From an uncultured Clostridia bacterium (GTDB lineage: Bacteria; Bacillota; Clostridia; Christensenellales; Borkfalkiaceae), in the NCBI GenBank assembly GCA_947629095.1, contig CANRCK010000004.1, positions 57,080 through 121,079 on the forward strand: a stretch of DNA of 64,000 nt, read 5' to 3'. Position 1 is the first letter of the stretch. Each line of letters starts with the position of its first letter. The notes below the pieces were generated by a model, which worked only from the letters and a program-made list of their open reading frames with translations, was not told the origin of the DNA and ran no database searches. Both the position numbers and the translations under genes were made by a program. Below, in pieces: positions 39,993 through 49,131 of the stretch.

Positions 39993-41105
39993 TTATCTTT
40001 TGCGGATTTGGGAGACAATTTGTTTGAGGGCCTCCACCGTTTTATCCGCCTCCGCGCGGGTGTTGTGTTTGCCGAAAGTGAAGCGGACGGCGCTTTTTGC
40101 GCGCTCTACGCCCGCAACCGCCGTTACCACGTGCGAGGGCGTGACCGCGCCCGCGGAGCATGCAGAGCCTGTGGAAACGCATATGCCGTTTAAATCAAGA
40201 CACATCAAAATATTTGCGCCGTCGCAGCCCTGAAAGGAGATGTTTGCGTTTGACGGAACGCGCAAAACGGAATCGCCGTTTAGAACCGTGCCGTGTATTT
40301 CGGAGAGCACGCGCCCCACGAAATAATCGCGCAAACTCAATATATATGCGTTGTTTTTGCCTTCGGCGGCGCGTTCCAAAGCCGCGGCAAGCCCGACAGC
40401 CGAGGCGACGTTTACGGTGCCGCCGCGCAGCCCCCGCTCCTGCATGCCGCCCGAAACAAGGGGGGAAATATTGCTGCCGCTTTTTATATACATTGCGGCA
40501 ACGCCCTTGGGACCGTTGAACTTGTGAGCGGAGACGGCAAACGCCGAGGCTTTTTGGGGGAATGGCACAACGCCAACCGACTGAACGCAGTCGCAGTAGT
40601 AAAAAATGCCGTACCGTGTGCAGATTTCCGAAATTTTTTGGACCGGTTGAATGGCGCCTATTTCGTTATTGGCTGCCATTACGGCGCAAAAAACGGTGTT
40701 GGGGCGAACGGCTTTTTCCACCTCTTCGGGGGAAATTATTCCGTTTTTATCGGGCTGAACAAAGGTTACTTCAAAGCCAAAGTTCTGCATTTGCCTTGCG
40801 CTCTCCAACACTGCGGGGTGCTCGATGGCGGAGATTATGAGATGCCCGCTACCATGCGCGGCGCACACCCCTTTTACCGCCAAATTGCCCGCTTCGGTGC
40901 CGCCCGAGAGAAAATATACCTCCTCCGCCCTGCAGCCGAAGATTTTTGCAACCCTGTCGCGCGCGGAAATAAGTCCCTCCGCCGCCGCTCTGCCCGCAGC
41001 GTGCTGGGATTGGGGATTGCCGTATTCGGTTTGCAAATACGGCAACATCTCCCTTAAAACCGCATCGTCCAAAGGAGTTGTTGCCGCGTTGTCAAGATAT
41101 ATCAT
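39993..41105 (-). CDS. cysteine desulfurase (NifS/IscS class V aminotransferase)
   Basis: 370 aa. PLP-lysine motif SAHKFNGPKG and catalytic Cys loop STGSACSAG. Confidence 0.88.
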   Translation of the reverse strand: MIYLDNAATTPLDDAVLREMLPYLQTEYGNPQSQHAAGRAAAEGLISARDRVAKIFGCRAEEVYFLSGGTEAGNLAVKGVCAAHGSGHLIISAIEHPAVLESARQMQNFGFEVTFVQPDKNGIISPEEVEKAVRPNTVFCAVMAANNEIGAIQPVQKISEICTRYGIFYYCDCVQSVGVVPFPQKASAFAVSAHKFNGPKGVAAMYIKSGSNISPLVSGGMQERGLRGGTVNVASAVGLAAALERAAEGKNNAYILSLRDYFVGRVLSEIHGTVLNGDSVLRVPSNANISFQGCDGANILMCLDLNGICVSTGSACSAGAVTPSHVVTAVAGVERAKSAVRFTFGKHNTRAEADKTVEALKQIVSQIRKR

Positions 41106-41980
41106 AATTTAAAAGAATGTAATACCGTGTTTAGTTTTTCGGCTTGGGAACGGACGCTTTCGTATTCCCTGCCGAGTTTTGTGGAGGAATTTTGCTCGTT
41201 GAGGGAAACTTTTTTCATTGCCGCCCAAAGGTTATGACCGGTGAACATGCTTGATATAAAAAACAGGGCTGAAATGCACGCAAAAATTATCATTATTATC
41301 ATATTCAATCCGTCCTGACGGGCAAACATTACCGAGGCGAACGAAAGCGCAACGATAAGGCAGACCAAAAAGGGAACAGCCGTCAAGGAAAACCAAAGCA
41401 CGGAGCGCTTGCGGTCAGCCAAAAATACGCCGCGGCGTTCCTCCTTTTTGCGTTCCACTTCCACGTGCAGCGAAGCCGCGCGCTCCTCAAGCTCTATTAT
41501 TTTTTTCTCGAGCAGAGCGCTGTTTTCGGCAAGGACGGATTTTTCATCGTCCGAGCAATACATTGCAACGTTTTTTGCCGTTTCCTCGAGGTCGGGGCTT
41601 GAAAAATCGGTGAGCTGCCGCGTTTGGGCGGAAAGCTTTACTGCCCACGCCGGACCCGAATAGGGATTTGCGTTGTGGGCTTCGTCGATATATCTGAGAG
41701 CGCCATCGTAGTCGCCCTCCTCCATACATGTTTTTGCCGCCGAAACGGCTTCAAGGCACACCGCGTCAGCCTCGGGCTGCGCGGAATGAGCGGGGGAAGC
41801 GCTTTCGGCAATTTGCTGCACGCCCTCCTCATCCCCCTGAACTTCAAACTGCACTTCGTCGCCGAAAGTCTCCTCCACGGAGTCGTCGACATACAGCTCG
41901 TCCTCGCCGTCGGCGTTTTTGCGTATTCTGTATTTTTTATCCTTGTTGAGATCGTCGTCGATCAAACGCTCTTCAGCCAT
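41102..41980 (-). CDS. hypothetical membrane protein (acidic N-terminus, coiled coil, two TM segments)
   Basis: Start moved to ATG 41980 (MAEERLIDDD; GGAGAAAAAAA upstream), which removes the overlap with ispE. 4-nt overlap with the desulfurase gene. Confidence 0.55.
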   Translation of the reverse strand: MAEERLIDDDLNKDKKYRIRKNADGEDELYVDDSVEETFGDEVQFEVQGDEEGVQQIAESASPAHSAQPEADAVCLEAVSAAKTCMEEGDYDGALRYIDEAHNANPYSGPAWAVKLSAQTRQLTDFSSPDLEETAKNVAMYCSDDEKSVLAENSALLEKKIIELEERAASLHVEVERKKEERRGVFLADRKRSVLWFSLTAVPFLVCLIVALSFASVMFARQDGLNMIIMIIFACISALFFISSMFTGHNLWAAMKKVSLNEQNSSTKLGREYESVRSQAEKLNTVLHSFKL

Positions 41981-41990
41981 TTTTTTCTCC

Positions 41991-42836
41991 TTATTGAACT
42001 GTTTTGAGTTGGATGCTTTTGAATTTGCCGCGATATCTGCTCTTTGCCCAGCTTGCAAGCTCTGCGTTTTCAAAGAGGGCGTATACCGCGCTGCCCGAAC
42101 CCGTCATATTTACGCCGAGGGGCGAAAAGGCGGCAAGCTCCTCATAAGCCGTTTTTACGCTTGGCTCCAATTGCGCGGCGGGCGCGTACAGGGCGTTGCA
42201 CAAGCTGCCGCCGAGCGACGGTTTATCGCCGGAAATTAACGCCTGTATTGCGTTTTCTGAACTTTGTGGGGGCGACGGCATGGAGTCGTAGAGCTTGTAG
42301 CATTCAGCCGTGGAAACTCCGCCATCGGGCTTCAACATGAGGAAATCCAGCCGACGGTCGGTGTGTATTGCCCGAACTTTTTCTCCCCTGCCCGTCAAAA
42401 GGGCGTAGCCGCCGCCGAGCATATAGCCCGTGTCGGAACCGAGGGAGTCGGCAAGCTCTTTAAGCTCCCTTAAACTCCCCGCGCCGTAGAGCTTACTCAT
42501 TCCGCGGAGAACGCTCGCGGCGTCCGCAGAAGAGCCGCCTAGCCCCGCGCCGACGGGGATATTTTTATAAATTACTATATTTGCGCCGCATGTGCGGAAC
42601 CTTTCAACGTACTTTTCAGCCGCTCGGACGGCGTTGTTCCGCTCGGGCGGAATGAGTTCCGTGCCCATGCCGTGCATTTCCACAGAAACGAGGGAATCAC
42701 TGCGCTTTTTAAGGACTATAAGGTCGTATAGATCGACGGAACAGACGAGGCTTTCAACCGTGTGGTATCCGCCGCTTGAACCCGTTACCGAAAACGTGAG
42801 ATTGAGTTTTGCGTATGCCTTTACGCGCGCGTTCAT
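41991..42836 (-). CDS. ispE: 4-diphosphocytidyl-2-C-methyl-D-erythritol kinase
   Basis: GHMP-kinase motif PVGAGLGGSSADAA and N-terminal KAYAKLNL. Start taken at ATG 42836. Confidence 0.88.
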   Translation of the reverse strand: MNARVKAYAKLNLTFSVTGSSGGYHTVESLVCSVDLYDLIVLKKRSDSLVSVEMHGMGTELIPPERNNAVRAAEKYVERFRTCGANIVIYKNIPVGAGLGGSSADAASVLRGMSKLYGAGSLRELKELADSLGSDTGYMLGGGYALLTGRGEKVRAIHTDRRLDFLMLKPDGGVSTAECYKLYDSMPSPPQSSENAIQALISGDKPSLGGSLCNALYAPAAQLEPSVKTAYEELAAFSPLGVNMTGSGSAVYALFENAELASWAKSRYRGKFKSIQLKTVQ

Positions 42837-42888
42837 ATTAAGATTATAGCACACCGCGGCAAGTATTTCAATTAAATACAAGCGGACG

Positions 42889-43368
42889 TTATTTTAAATT
42901 TACGGTAAAATCGGAAATATTCTGCCTGTCCATTTTGAACAGCAGCACCCTTTGGTAAGGCGCCGAGGCGTCGCCGACGCCGCTTTTCTTTTCAAGCTTG
43001 CAGGTTATGTTAAGAACAGAGCCGGAATCAATTGACGCCTCGCTTATCGTATAATCGCGGGTTTTGTAGACGTCGCCGAAAGTATAGACCAACACGATTT
43101 CCCTGCCGAAGTCGGCATGGACATCACAATTTGGGAATATGTTATCGAACTCTTCCAAATCCAAAACAATAAGCTTGCGCGATTGGGGCAAGCCGCCATC
43201 CGGCTCATCGGCAAAACCTGTAAGCTTAACTGCGTTGCTCTGTAAAAATTCTTCGCTTGCCCAATCTTCGGCATGGCTGTAAACCGTAAGGTTATAGGGA
43301 ATACGTGCGCACCCTGCCAGCAAAAACAAACAGAAAATCATCGTGAATATAAGAGCTTTTTTCATGGT
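42889..43368 (-). CDS. small lipoprotein, function unknown
   Basis: Start at ATG 43368 (MKKALIFTMIFCLFLLAGC, lipobox LLAGC). 159 aa. Confidence 0.6.
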   Translation of the reverse strand, partial: TMKKALIFTMIFCLFLLAGCARIPYNLTVYSHAEDWASEEFLQSNAVKLTGFADEPDGGLPQSRKLIVLDLEEFDNIFPNCDVHADFGREIVLVYTFGDVYKTRDYTISEASIDSGSVLNITCKLEKKSGVGDASAPYQRVLLFKMDRQNISDFTVNLK

Positions 43369-43466
43369 AGTCTCCCGTTCGGCGGTCCTGCATGCGCGCG
43401 CAGATTTTTTTAAATTATAGCGCATGTATGGCGCTTTGTCAATAGTTGGGCGTTGCGGTTGGTTGA

Positions 43467-43609
43467 CAATCCCCTCAGTCTGCTTCGCAGCCAGCTCCCC
43501 TTGCCAAGGGGCGCCAAGGGTGGTGGGCGCTCTCCCCCCTTGGCTACCTCACTTTGAGGGGGCGTGGGCACAACAAAAACAGCTCCGCCCTTGGACCAAG
43601 GGGGAGCCG
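43467..43609. repeat. family-A repeats in head-to-head arrangement
   Basis: CAATCCCCTCAGTCTGC-TTC-GCAGCCAGCTCCCCTTGCCAAGGGGCGCCAAGGG, followed by an inverted partial copy (CCCCTTGGCTACCTCACTTTGAGGGGG) and a third hairpin-2 remnant. Confidence 0.8.
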
Positions 43610-43630
43610 GTTGTTATAAAATTGGGGGAC

Positions 43631-45088
43631 TCAGGATTTGCCCCTGAATACGAGTATGCGCTCCGTACCGCTGAGGGGATATGTAAGCTCGGGATTGGCG
43701 GACTTGATTGCTTCGGGAGTGCAGCACATCTTTTTTGCGGTCTCCCACAGCCCGTCGCCGGGCGCGGGGAAGCAGACGGATATGGCGGCGGTCGGCGCTT
43801 GCTTTTTTTCGCCCTCCTCGGCGCCCGTGAGATACTTTACCCTGTGTTTTTGGCACTCGCAAACGGCTATTTTGAGCGTGGCTTCGGCTTCGCACTCACC
43901 CTCGGCGCGCTGGCGTATGCTTATTCCCGTAACTATGACGTCGGCACTGCCATAACCGGCGCCCGTGAGCGCCAATGAAAACGGCAGGGTTACCTCGGTG
44001 GAGCGCACCTCGCCGCCCTGTTCGAAAAACAGAACGGACGTTACGCTGCCTTCCACTCCCTCCGCCGTGCGCACAAATTCGGCTTTGGGCAGAGCCGCCG
44101 CCAAAAAGGCGCAGGTGTAGTCCAGCTTTGCCTTGGAGGCGCACAGCCCCGAAACGCGCTCGGAGTAGACCTTTATGCTTTGGGGAACTTCGCACTCCTC
44201 TTCACCGTAAGTTAAAGTGAGTTCGTTTTCGGTGGAAAACGCGTCGGATATTAAAGTTACTTCCTCTTCCTCGAAAAATTTGCCCGTGAACGAGAGAGTG
44301 GCGGTGAATGAGACGTCGCACTTGCCGCGCTCTTCGTTGACCTTGCAGTCAACGGACATATCCTTTATTTCCGCACGACATTCTGCGGGGCAGGGAATTA
44401 TGGCGCGCTCGCAGGATATTTCGCACTTGAAGGGAATGAGCCTGTTCATTGCCACGGGGGAACCTTCGCGCACGGCAAGGAGACTTAAATTTATTTCGCC
44501 CTCTACTTCAACAAGTCCCGAACGCACCGTGCACGACAGAACCATAGGCTGGGCTGCGGGCACGAGAACGTCGGTTGCAACGTAGGTGAAATCGTCGTCC
44601 ACTTCGCTCTCGCCCGAGAATGCGACGGCATTATAGAGTTTGCCCTCCTCGTGCTTTTCTACGGCGCCTTCAAGCGATTGAACGTAGCTTCTGGCGGCGG
44701 AGTCGCTTACGGAGATAGCCGCGCCCACAACTACCGATACTATATAAAAGGAACCCTCCCTGCGGATACGGGTGTGCTCGCACGAGAGAACGCACGCGCA
44801 AAGCTGCGCGGGGGCAAGATTGTCGTCGTCGGCGTGGTGGGAAAATTCCGCGCCCTTCTGAACGCGGCAGAGATTTGCGCCGTCGGCATAGACGAGCGTG
44901 CAAATGAGTCTGCCACCGTAGGTGACCCTGCCGGAGGAGACCTCGGCAGAAGTCAATGAAACTTGCGGGTAAACGGCGACGACTTCGCCCATATCCTGCT
45001 CGGTAAATTTGATTTCGACTATGGATTGAGCCTTCAGCTCGGCAATTGTGCGGGTATACGTGCCCGTGGCGATGGATGCGTTTAACAT
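43631..45088 (-). CDS. DUF3794-like protein with C-terminal LysM-like domain (SipL/SpoVID-like spore morphogenetic candidate)
   Basis: 485 aa. Repetitive beta-rich body. C-terminal segment GDGLWETAKKMCCTPEAIKSANPELTYPLSGTERILVF looks like LysM. Sits between veg and ispE. Confidence 0.5.
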   Translation of the reverse strand: MLNASIATGTYTRTIAELKAQSIVEIKFTEQDMGEVVAVYPQVSLTSAEVSSGRVTYGGRLICTLVYADGANLCRVQKGAEFSHHADDDNLAPAQLCACVLSCEHTRIRREGSFYIVSVVVGAAISVSDSAARSYVQSLEGAVEKHEEGKLYNAVAFSGESEVDDDFTYVATDVLVPAAQPMVLSCTVRSGLVEVEGEINLSLLAVREGSPVAMNRLIPFKCEISCERAIIPCPAECRAEIKDMSVDCKVNEERGKCDVSFTATLSFTGKFFEEEEVTLISDAFSTENELTLTYGEEECEVPQSIKVYSERVSGLCASKAKLDYTCAFLAAALPKAEFVRTAEGVEGSVTSVLFFEQGGEVRSTEVTLPFSLALTGAGYGSADVIVTGISIRQRAEGECEAEATLKIAVCECQKHRVKYLTGAEEGEKKQAPTAAISVCFPAPGDGLWETAKKMCCTPEAIKSANPELTYPLSGTERILVFRGKS

Positions 45089-45135
45089 ATTTCCTCCCTG
45101 TTACAAGGTATAATATGCCGCGCGCATTTTAAATA

Positions 45136-45381
45136 TTACTCCGCCGCAGACTGAATTTTGACCCTGCCGCAAAGAATTTCGGAATAGGAATAAGCCGTTT
45201 TGCCGAGGAAATTTTTGTCGTACGGGCTTACGGTGAAGAGCGACGGGTATACCTCGCTTAAAGTTGCGGGAAAAGTGACGAATTTGTTTCTGCCCAAGTT
45301 GAGCTTTACTATTACGTCCTTGCCCAAGAGCTTTTGGACGGATTCTTTGATGGCGGTTATGCTTATATTTGACTTTATCAT
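45136..45381 (-). CDS. veg: Veg (biofilm/sporulation-associated small DNA-binding protein family)
   Basis: 81 aa from ATG 45381: MIKSNISITAIKESVQKLLGKDVIVKLNLGRNKFVTFPATLSEVYPSLFTV...YSYSEIL aligns with B. subtilis Veg as I remember it. The longer track ORF would read through a terminator hairpin. Confidence 0.78.
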   Translation of the reverse strand: MIKSNISITAIKESVQKLLGKDVIVKLNLGRNKFVTFPATLSEVYPSLFTVSPYDKNFLGKTAYSYSEILCGRVKIQSAAE

Positions 45382-45396
45382 ATAAACATTATTGGC

Positions 45397-45442
45397 AAAA
45401 AACGGAAAAAATATGCAGCCCGCGGCAATAGCCGCGGGCTGC
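45397..45442 (-). terminator. strong intrinsic terminator between the acidic-protein gene and veg
   Basis: GCAGCCCGCGGC-TATT-GCCGCGGGCTGC (12 bp) then ATATTTTTTCCGTTTTTT on the minus strand. Confidence 0.85.
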
Positions 45443-45479
45443 AAAACCTTTTTTATGTTCTTTTTATGCGGACGGGCGG

Positions 45480-45992
45480 TTAAAAATCGTCGTCATCGTC
45501 GTCATCTTCATCCTCGTCGTCGTCAAAATCGTCGTCCTCGAGGTCGTCAAGGGAGTCCATATCCTCGTCGGCAAGCGGGTCGTCGTCCTCGCCGTCGTAC
45601 ATTTCGTCCTCTTCTTCCTCGTCGAGGTCAGCTTTAAGCTCCTCTTCAAGCTCCTTGTCGTCAACGGTGAGATCGGAGTCGTCCTCGTCGAGGTAGTTCT
45701 TCCACTCCTCGTCCTTATCCATATCGACGTCCTCTTCCTCCTCGTACTCGTCCTGCTGGCTGCGGCAGCTTTCGCACATCTTTTCGCCGGGGCGTATGGG
45801 ATTTACGCCGCAAACGGGGCAAATTTCATCGGAATCGAGAACTTCGTCGATTTCTTCAAGGTCATCGTCGTCGAGGTCGGCAAACTGAAGGGGTCTGCCC
45901 TTCATCTCGGCTAAACAGACGTCGCAATACTCCTGCGTTTCGCTGTCTATATAGTTTAGTTCGCACCTCGGGCACTTGATATATTTTACCAT
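45480..45992 (-). CDS. double zinc-ribbon protein with hyper-acidic tail
   Basis: 170 aa. CPRC...CDVC and CPVC...CESC pairs. The remainder is mostly D/E and ends DDDFDDDEDEDDDDDDDF. Confidence 0.6.
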   Translation of the reverse strand: MVKYIKCPRCELNYIDSETQEYCDVCLAEMKGRPLQFADLDDDDLEEIDEVLDSDEICPVCGVNPIRPGEKMCESCRSQQDEYEEEEDVDMDKDEEWKNYLDEDDSDLTVDDKELEEELKADLDEEEEDEMYDGEDDDPLADEDMDSLDDLEDDDFDDDEDEDDDDDDDF

Positions 45993-46213
45993 TTTTTAAG
46001 CTCCGTACATACCGTATTTGTTACAGCATATTCCGATTTGCGGGAATATGTTTTTTACAGATTAAATTTCGGTAACATTATATTAATATTTAGTGCTTTT
46101 GTAAACTGTTTTCTTATGATATTTTTAAAAATTTAAAAGAAATTATACGCGATTTTTGCGGTTATTGTAAAAAGCATACGCAGGCGCCCCTTTCTTGACT
46201 TCGGCAGAATGGT

Positions 46214-46332
46214 GCCCCCTCAGTCATTAAAATGACAGCTCCCCCCACTTGTGGGGGGAGCCAAGAGGTTGGTGTGCGGCGGTAGCGACATACACGGCGC
46301 AAGGAAAACGCCGTACCGGGACTGAGGGGGGC
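46214..46332 (+). mobile_element. family-A element bounded by terminal inverted repeats (MITE-like, ~120 bp)
   Basis: Left end GCCCCCTCAGTC (46214-46225), right end GACTGAGGGGGGC (46320-46332). Internal hairpins GTCATT-AAA-ATGAC, GCTCCCCCCAC-TT-GTGGGGGGAGC, ACGGCG-N9-CGCCGT. Confidence 0.75.
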
Positions 46333-46426
46333 GTGTTGCTTTTGTGGCACGGGAAAACGGCTGCACGGCTGAATGGGGGCGTGAAAAAGCCCCCGAGGAA
46401 GCGGGGGCTATAATAGCTGCATGGTT

Positions 46427-48694
46427 TTAATCGTGTTTTTCTTCGGAGCCGGCGGATTCTGCATCGTCGTCCTCATAGACGTTTATATTCTTATCGTCTG
46501 TGGTGTCGACCTTGATTCTGCGCCTGGAGGCTTCGGGTTTCTTTTCGCCGCGCTTTCTCGAAAGTATGAGAACAACGGCGATTACCGCACCTATCACAAT
46601 TATACCCGCAAGGCACATACCTATAATAAAGAATACTTTTGCGACGGTGCTGAGGCTTTGGAACCAGGAAACATCTTCCTCGGCGGGTTCGGCTTGCAGA
46701 TAGTCGGAGCGGAAATCCTTGAGATAGCTATCCTCATCGGCGCTTGACATTTTGCCTATGACGGAATAGTAATAGTCGCGACTGTTGGCGTAAACTTCCT
46801 TGCCGTTGATTGTTGCCTTGTGATCCTTGAATTCAGCCCAATCGTTTTTGCAGGAGAGCATATCTTCCAGCTTTTCGATGACGTTTGCCGAGTAAACGGG
46901 GTCGGCGTCCGCGTCGAGCTTGGAGTTGAGAAGAGCAGCGAGGTCCTTTACATAATCGATATCGCCCGTGTAGAAGATATATCTTGAAGCCTGTGCAAGG
47001 TTTGCATAGATATCGGCGGGATAGTCGTCCGTGCTTTCATAGCCGGCGATGACTCCGTCCGTACCCGTTACCTTTTGATAGAGCTTGTTTAAATCGTCGA
47101 GGTCCTTATTGGTTTTGTCGCCTACGTTAAAAGTCATAACGTATTTATAAGAATTCATATTGTCGGTGGCGCTTGCGAATATGAGATGCCCATCTATAAG
47201 TTCGGGCATATACCAGCTGCTCGCCGCGTCGAGGTCGAGAATTCGCACGGACTTATAGTCTGTGACTTCGCTTGAACCGTGCATGCCGTTGTAGTCGTCC
47301 CACACACCGTTGTAGTTTACGCGGTAGAAGGAATATCCGTTGCCGCCGGTGACGGAATAGTACAGATAGTCGCCGTCCACAAAGAGCATTGTTGCCGTGT
47401 CCTTGGGAACAACGCGGTAGTAGCTTGTTTTATTCATTTTGTCGGATTCGGTGAGCTTGCCGTTTTCGATCTTGTTTACGGAGACGCCGCCCGTGCTTTC
47501 GGCAATGAGAACTGCCGACAAATCGCCGTTTTCGAATACGTATTGATAGCTATCGGCATTGGCGCCGCCGAGCATAAGCGCGGCTTCGTTTGCGGGGTTG
47601 CCGTCTATGGGGTTTTTCCACGCGCCGCCAGCGCCCGCAGATATATCGGAATCCTTAACCGAGAAGAGATAGCTCGTCTCGCTGATTGTATCCGCACGGG
47701 TGTAGAACAGGCTGCCTTGGCGGTAAGTTTCCAAAGTGTACTTGTAGGCAAGCGTATTTTGTACGGCGGGGTCCTCGGGCTTATAGTTGAAGGGCGACTT
47801 TTCTATGATTTTGCCGCCGAAGCCGTCGAACACAAGGTCGCCGCAGTTTATATATCTGTCGCTTTCGCTATCCCAGCCGAAGATAGAGTCAAAGTCGTAC
47901 TCGTTCTGCGCGGTTTTATCTGCGGTGACGGAATAAACCTGGTTGTATGACTGCGTGGTGTTGGAAGTGCCCGCGTAGTCATACACGTCCATAGTGTAGT
48001 AAACCTTGGGGTTGGACTTGTCCTCCGCGTCGAAAACGTAGCTTGAAACGTTGTAGGCAAGCAGGGTGTCTACGCCCGTCTTGGTGTTGTAGGAATGGAG
48101 ATTGGTGACCCCTGTGGATTCCTCGTACAAGGTTTCGGAGGTGGCTACATACATAAGATAGACCACTCCGTCCACTTCCACAAACCTGTAGTCGTAGTTG
48201 ACGGACGGGAACGTGACGTAGGCGTCCTTCATGGATTCCGTGCCGTCGAGCTTGGTGCTCTTCATTTCGAGATTGCCGCTTTGGATTACGCCGTCGGCAT
48301 TCCTCTTTGTGGAGGGCGTGCCGTAGTAGATATAGTCGCCGTATACGAAAATACCCGTGGAATAATTGGTGGAATACGCAATCTGGGGAACCAAAGTTTC
48401 GGCAGACGAATAGTTGCGCTTGTTTAAATCCTCCACTGCTATGCGCATTATGGAGCCTTTTACCGGTTTGCCATAGTCGTTTGCGGCAGTGCCGCTCTCC
48501 ACGCCGTTGACAAAATAGACATAGCCGCCCTTTTCAACGGCAAAGCCGCCGTTGGACTGAGCCGCCGACGCCGACGGGGTGTAGTTGAGCTTTACGCCCG
48601 AGTTGAACCCGGAACAGCCCGCAGCGGCGGCAACGCCCGTTGCAACTACCGCAGCCACAGCCGCACATATAATTTTTGTGAAATGCTTTTTCAT
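46427..48694 (-). CDS. large extracytoplasmic protein with lipoprotein signal and C-terminal TM anchor (possible beta-propeller, DUF5050-like)
   Basis: 755 aa. MKKHFTKIICAAVAAVVATGVAAAAGC lipobox. Recurring YxYY/YVYF aromatic motifs. C-terminal TM segment VAKVFFIIGMCLAGIIVIGAVIAVVLIL followed by a basic/acidic tail. Confidence 0.6.
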   Translation of the reverse strand: MKKHFTKIICAAVAAVVATGVAAAAGCSGFNSGVKLNYTPSASAAQSNGGFAVEKGGYVYFVNGVESGTAANDYGKPVKGSIMRIAVEDLNKRNYSSAETLVPQIAYSTNYSTGIFVYGDYIYYGTPSTKRNADGVIQSGNLEMKSTKLDGTESMKDAYVTFPSVNYDYRFVEVDGVVYLMYVATSETLYEESTGVTNLHSYNTKTGVDTLLAYNVSSYVFDAEDKSNPKVYYTMDVYDYAGTSNTTQSYNQVYSVTADKTAQNEYDFDSIFGWDSESDRYINCGDLVFDGFGGKIIEKSPFNYKPEDPAVQNTLAYKYTLETYRQGSLFYTRADTISETSYLFSVKDSDISAGAGGAWKNPIDGNPANEAALMLGGANADSYQYVFENGDLSAVLIAESTGGVSVNKIENGKLTESDKMNKTSYYRVVPKDTATMLFVDGDYLYYSVTGGNGYSFYRVNYNGVWDDYNGMHGSSEVTDYKSVRILDLDAASSWYMPELIDGHLIFASATDNMNSYKYVMTFNVGDKTNKDLDDLNKLYQKVTGTDGVIAGYESTDDYPADIYANLAQASRYIFYTGDIDYVKDLAALLNSKLDADADPVYSANVIEKLEDMLSCKNDWAEFKDHKATINGKEVYANSRDYYYSVIGKMSSADEDSYLKDFRSDYLQAEPAEEDVSWFQSLSTVAKVFFIIGMCLAGIIVIGAVIAVVLILSRKRGEKKPEASRRRIKVDTTDDKNINVYEDDDAESAGSEEKHD

Positions 48695-48821
48695 TATATA
48701 ATGAAACTCCGAAAAAAAATCTTTGCAAATTACAATTCAAGCATTTTTAATTATATACCAAACGATTTTTTTAAGCAATAAATTTAAGTTGATTTTGGCA
48801 AAAAAATAGGAAAAAGGGGTA

Positions 48822-49034
48822 ATGAATTTGGAAAAATTTGCACTTTTGAATTTACTTAAAGCCCTCGACGGCATAAAAAACCTTTCGGGCGGCGAAAACG
48901 GGAATAAAAGCGCGGAGAACTCTCCCCCTGCGCCGGACGCGCCAAAACGGCAGGACCAGCCGCCGAATATTTTATATGAGACGCTGGTGAAGCACGAACA
49001 GGTTAGCAACAGGCTGAAAAATAAACGCAATTGA
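48822..49034 (+). CDS. hypothetical small protein (70 aa)
   Basis: AGGGGTAATG Shine-Dalgarno context. Pro-rich centre. Followed by the terminator at 49057-49093. Confidence 0.35.
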   Translation: MNLEKFALLNLLKALDGIKNLSGGENGNKSAENSPPAPDAPKRQDQPPNILYETLVKHEQVSNRLKNKRN

Positions 49035-49056
49035 GGGGGCAGTAAGCCGCTTGAAT

Positions 49057-49093
49057 CAAAAAATGCAGCGGAAAAAGGGCGCTGCATTTTTTG
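49057..49093. terminator. bidirectional intrinsic terminator
   Basis: AAAAAATGCAGCG-9 nt-CGCTGCATTTTTT, between convergent genes. Confidence 0.8.
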
Positions 49094-49131
49094 TGAACTT
49101 TGTTATTTTTATAATCCGCTTAAGGGAAGCC

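Noticed and set aside
45382-45444. N-terminal extension of veg (track ORF start 45444), and similar extensions for trmB (24134), ispE (42881), the 41102 gene (42073), the lipoprotein (43425), queH (20884), the LRR gene (37701) and spmB (36623).
   Set aside because: The extensions run through terminator hairpins, overlap upstream genes or lack an RBS. Internal ATGs give family-typical N-termini (signal peptides, conserved first motifs) and better Shine-Dalgarno sequences.
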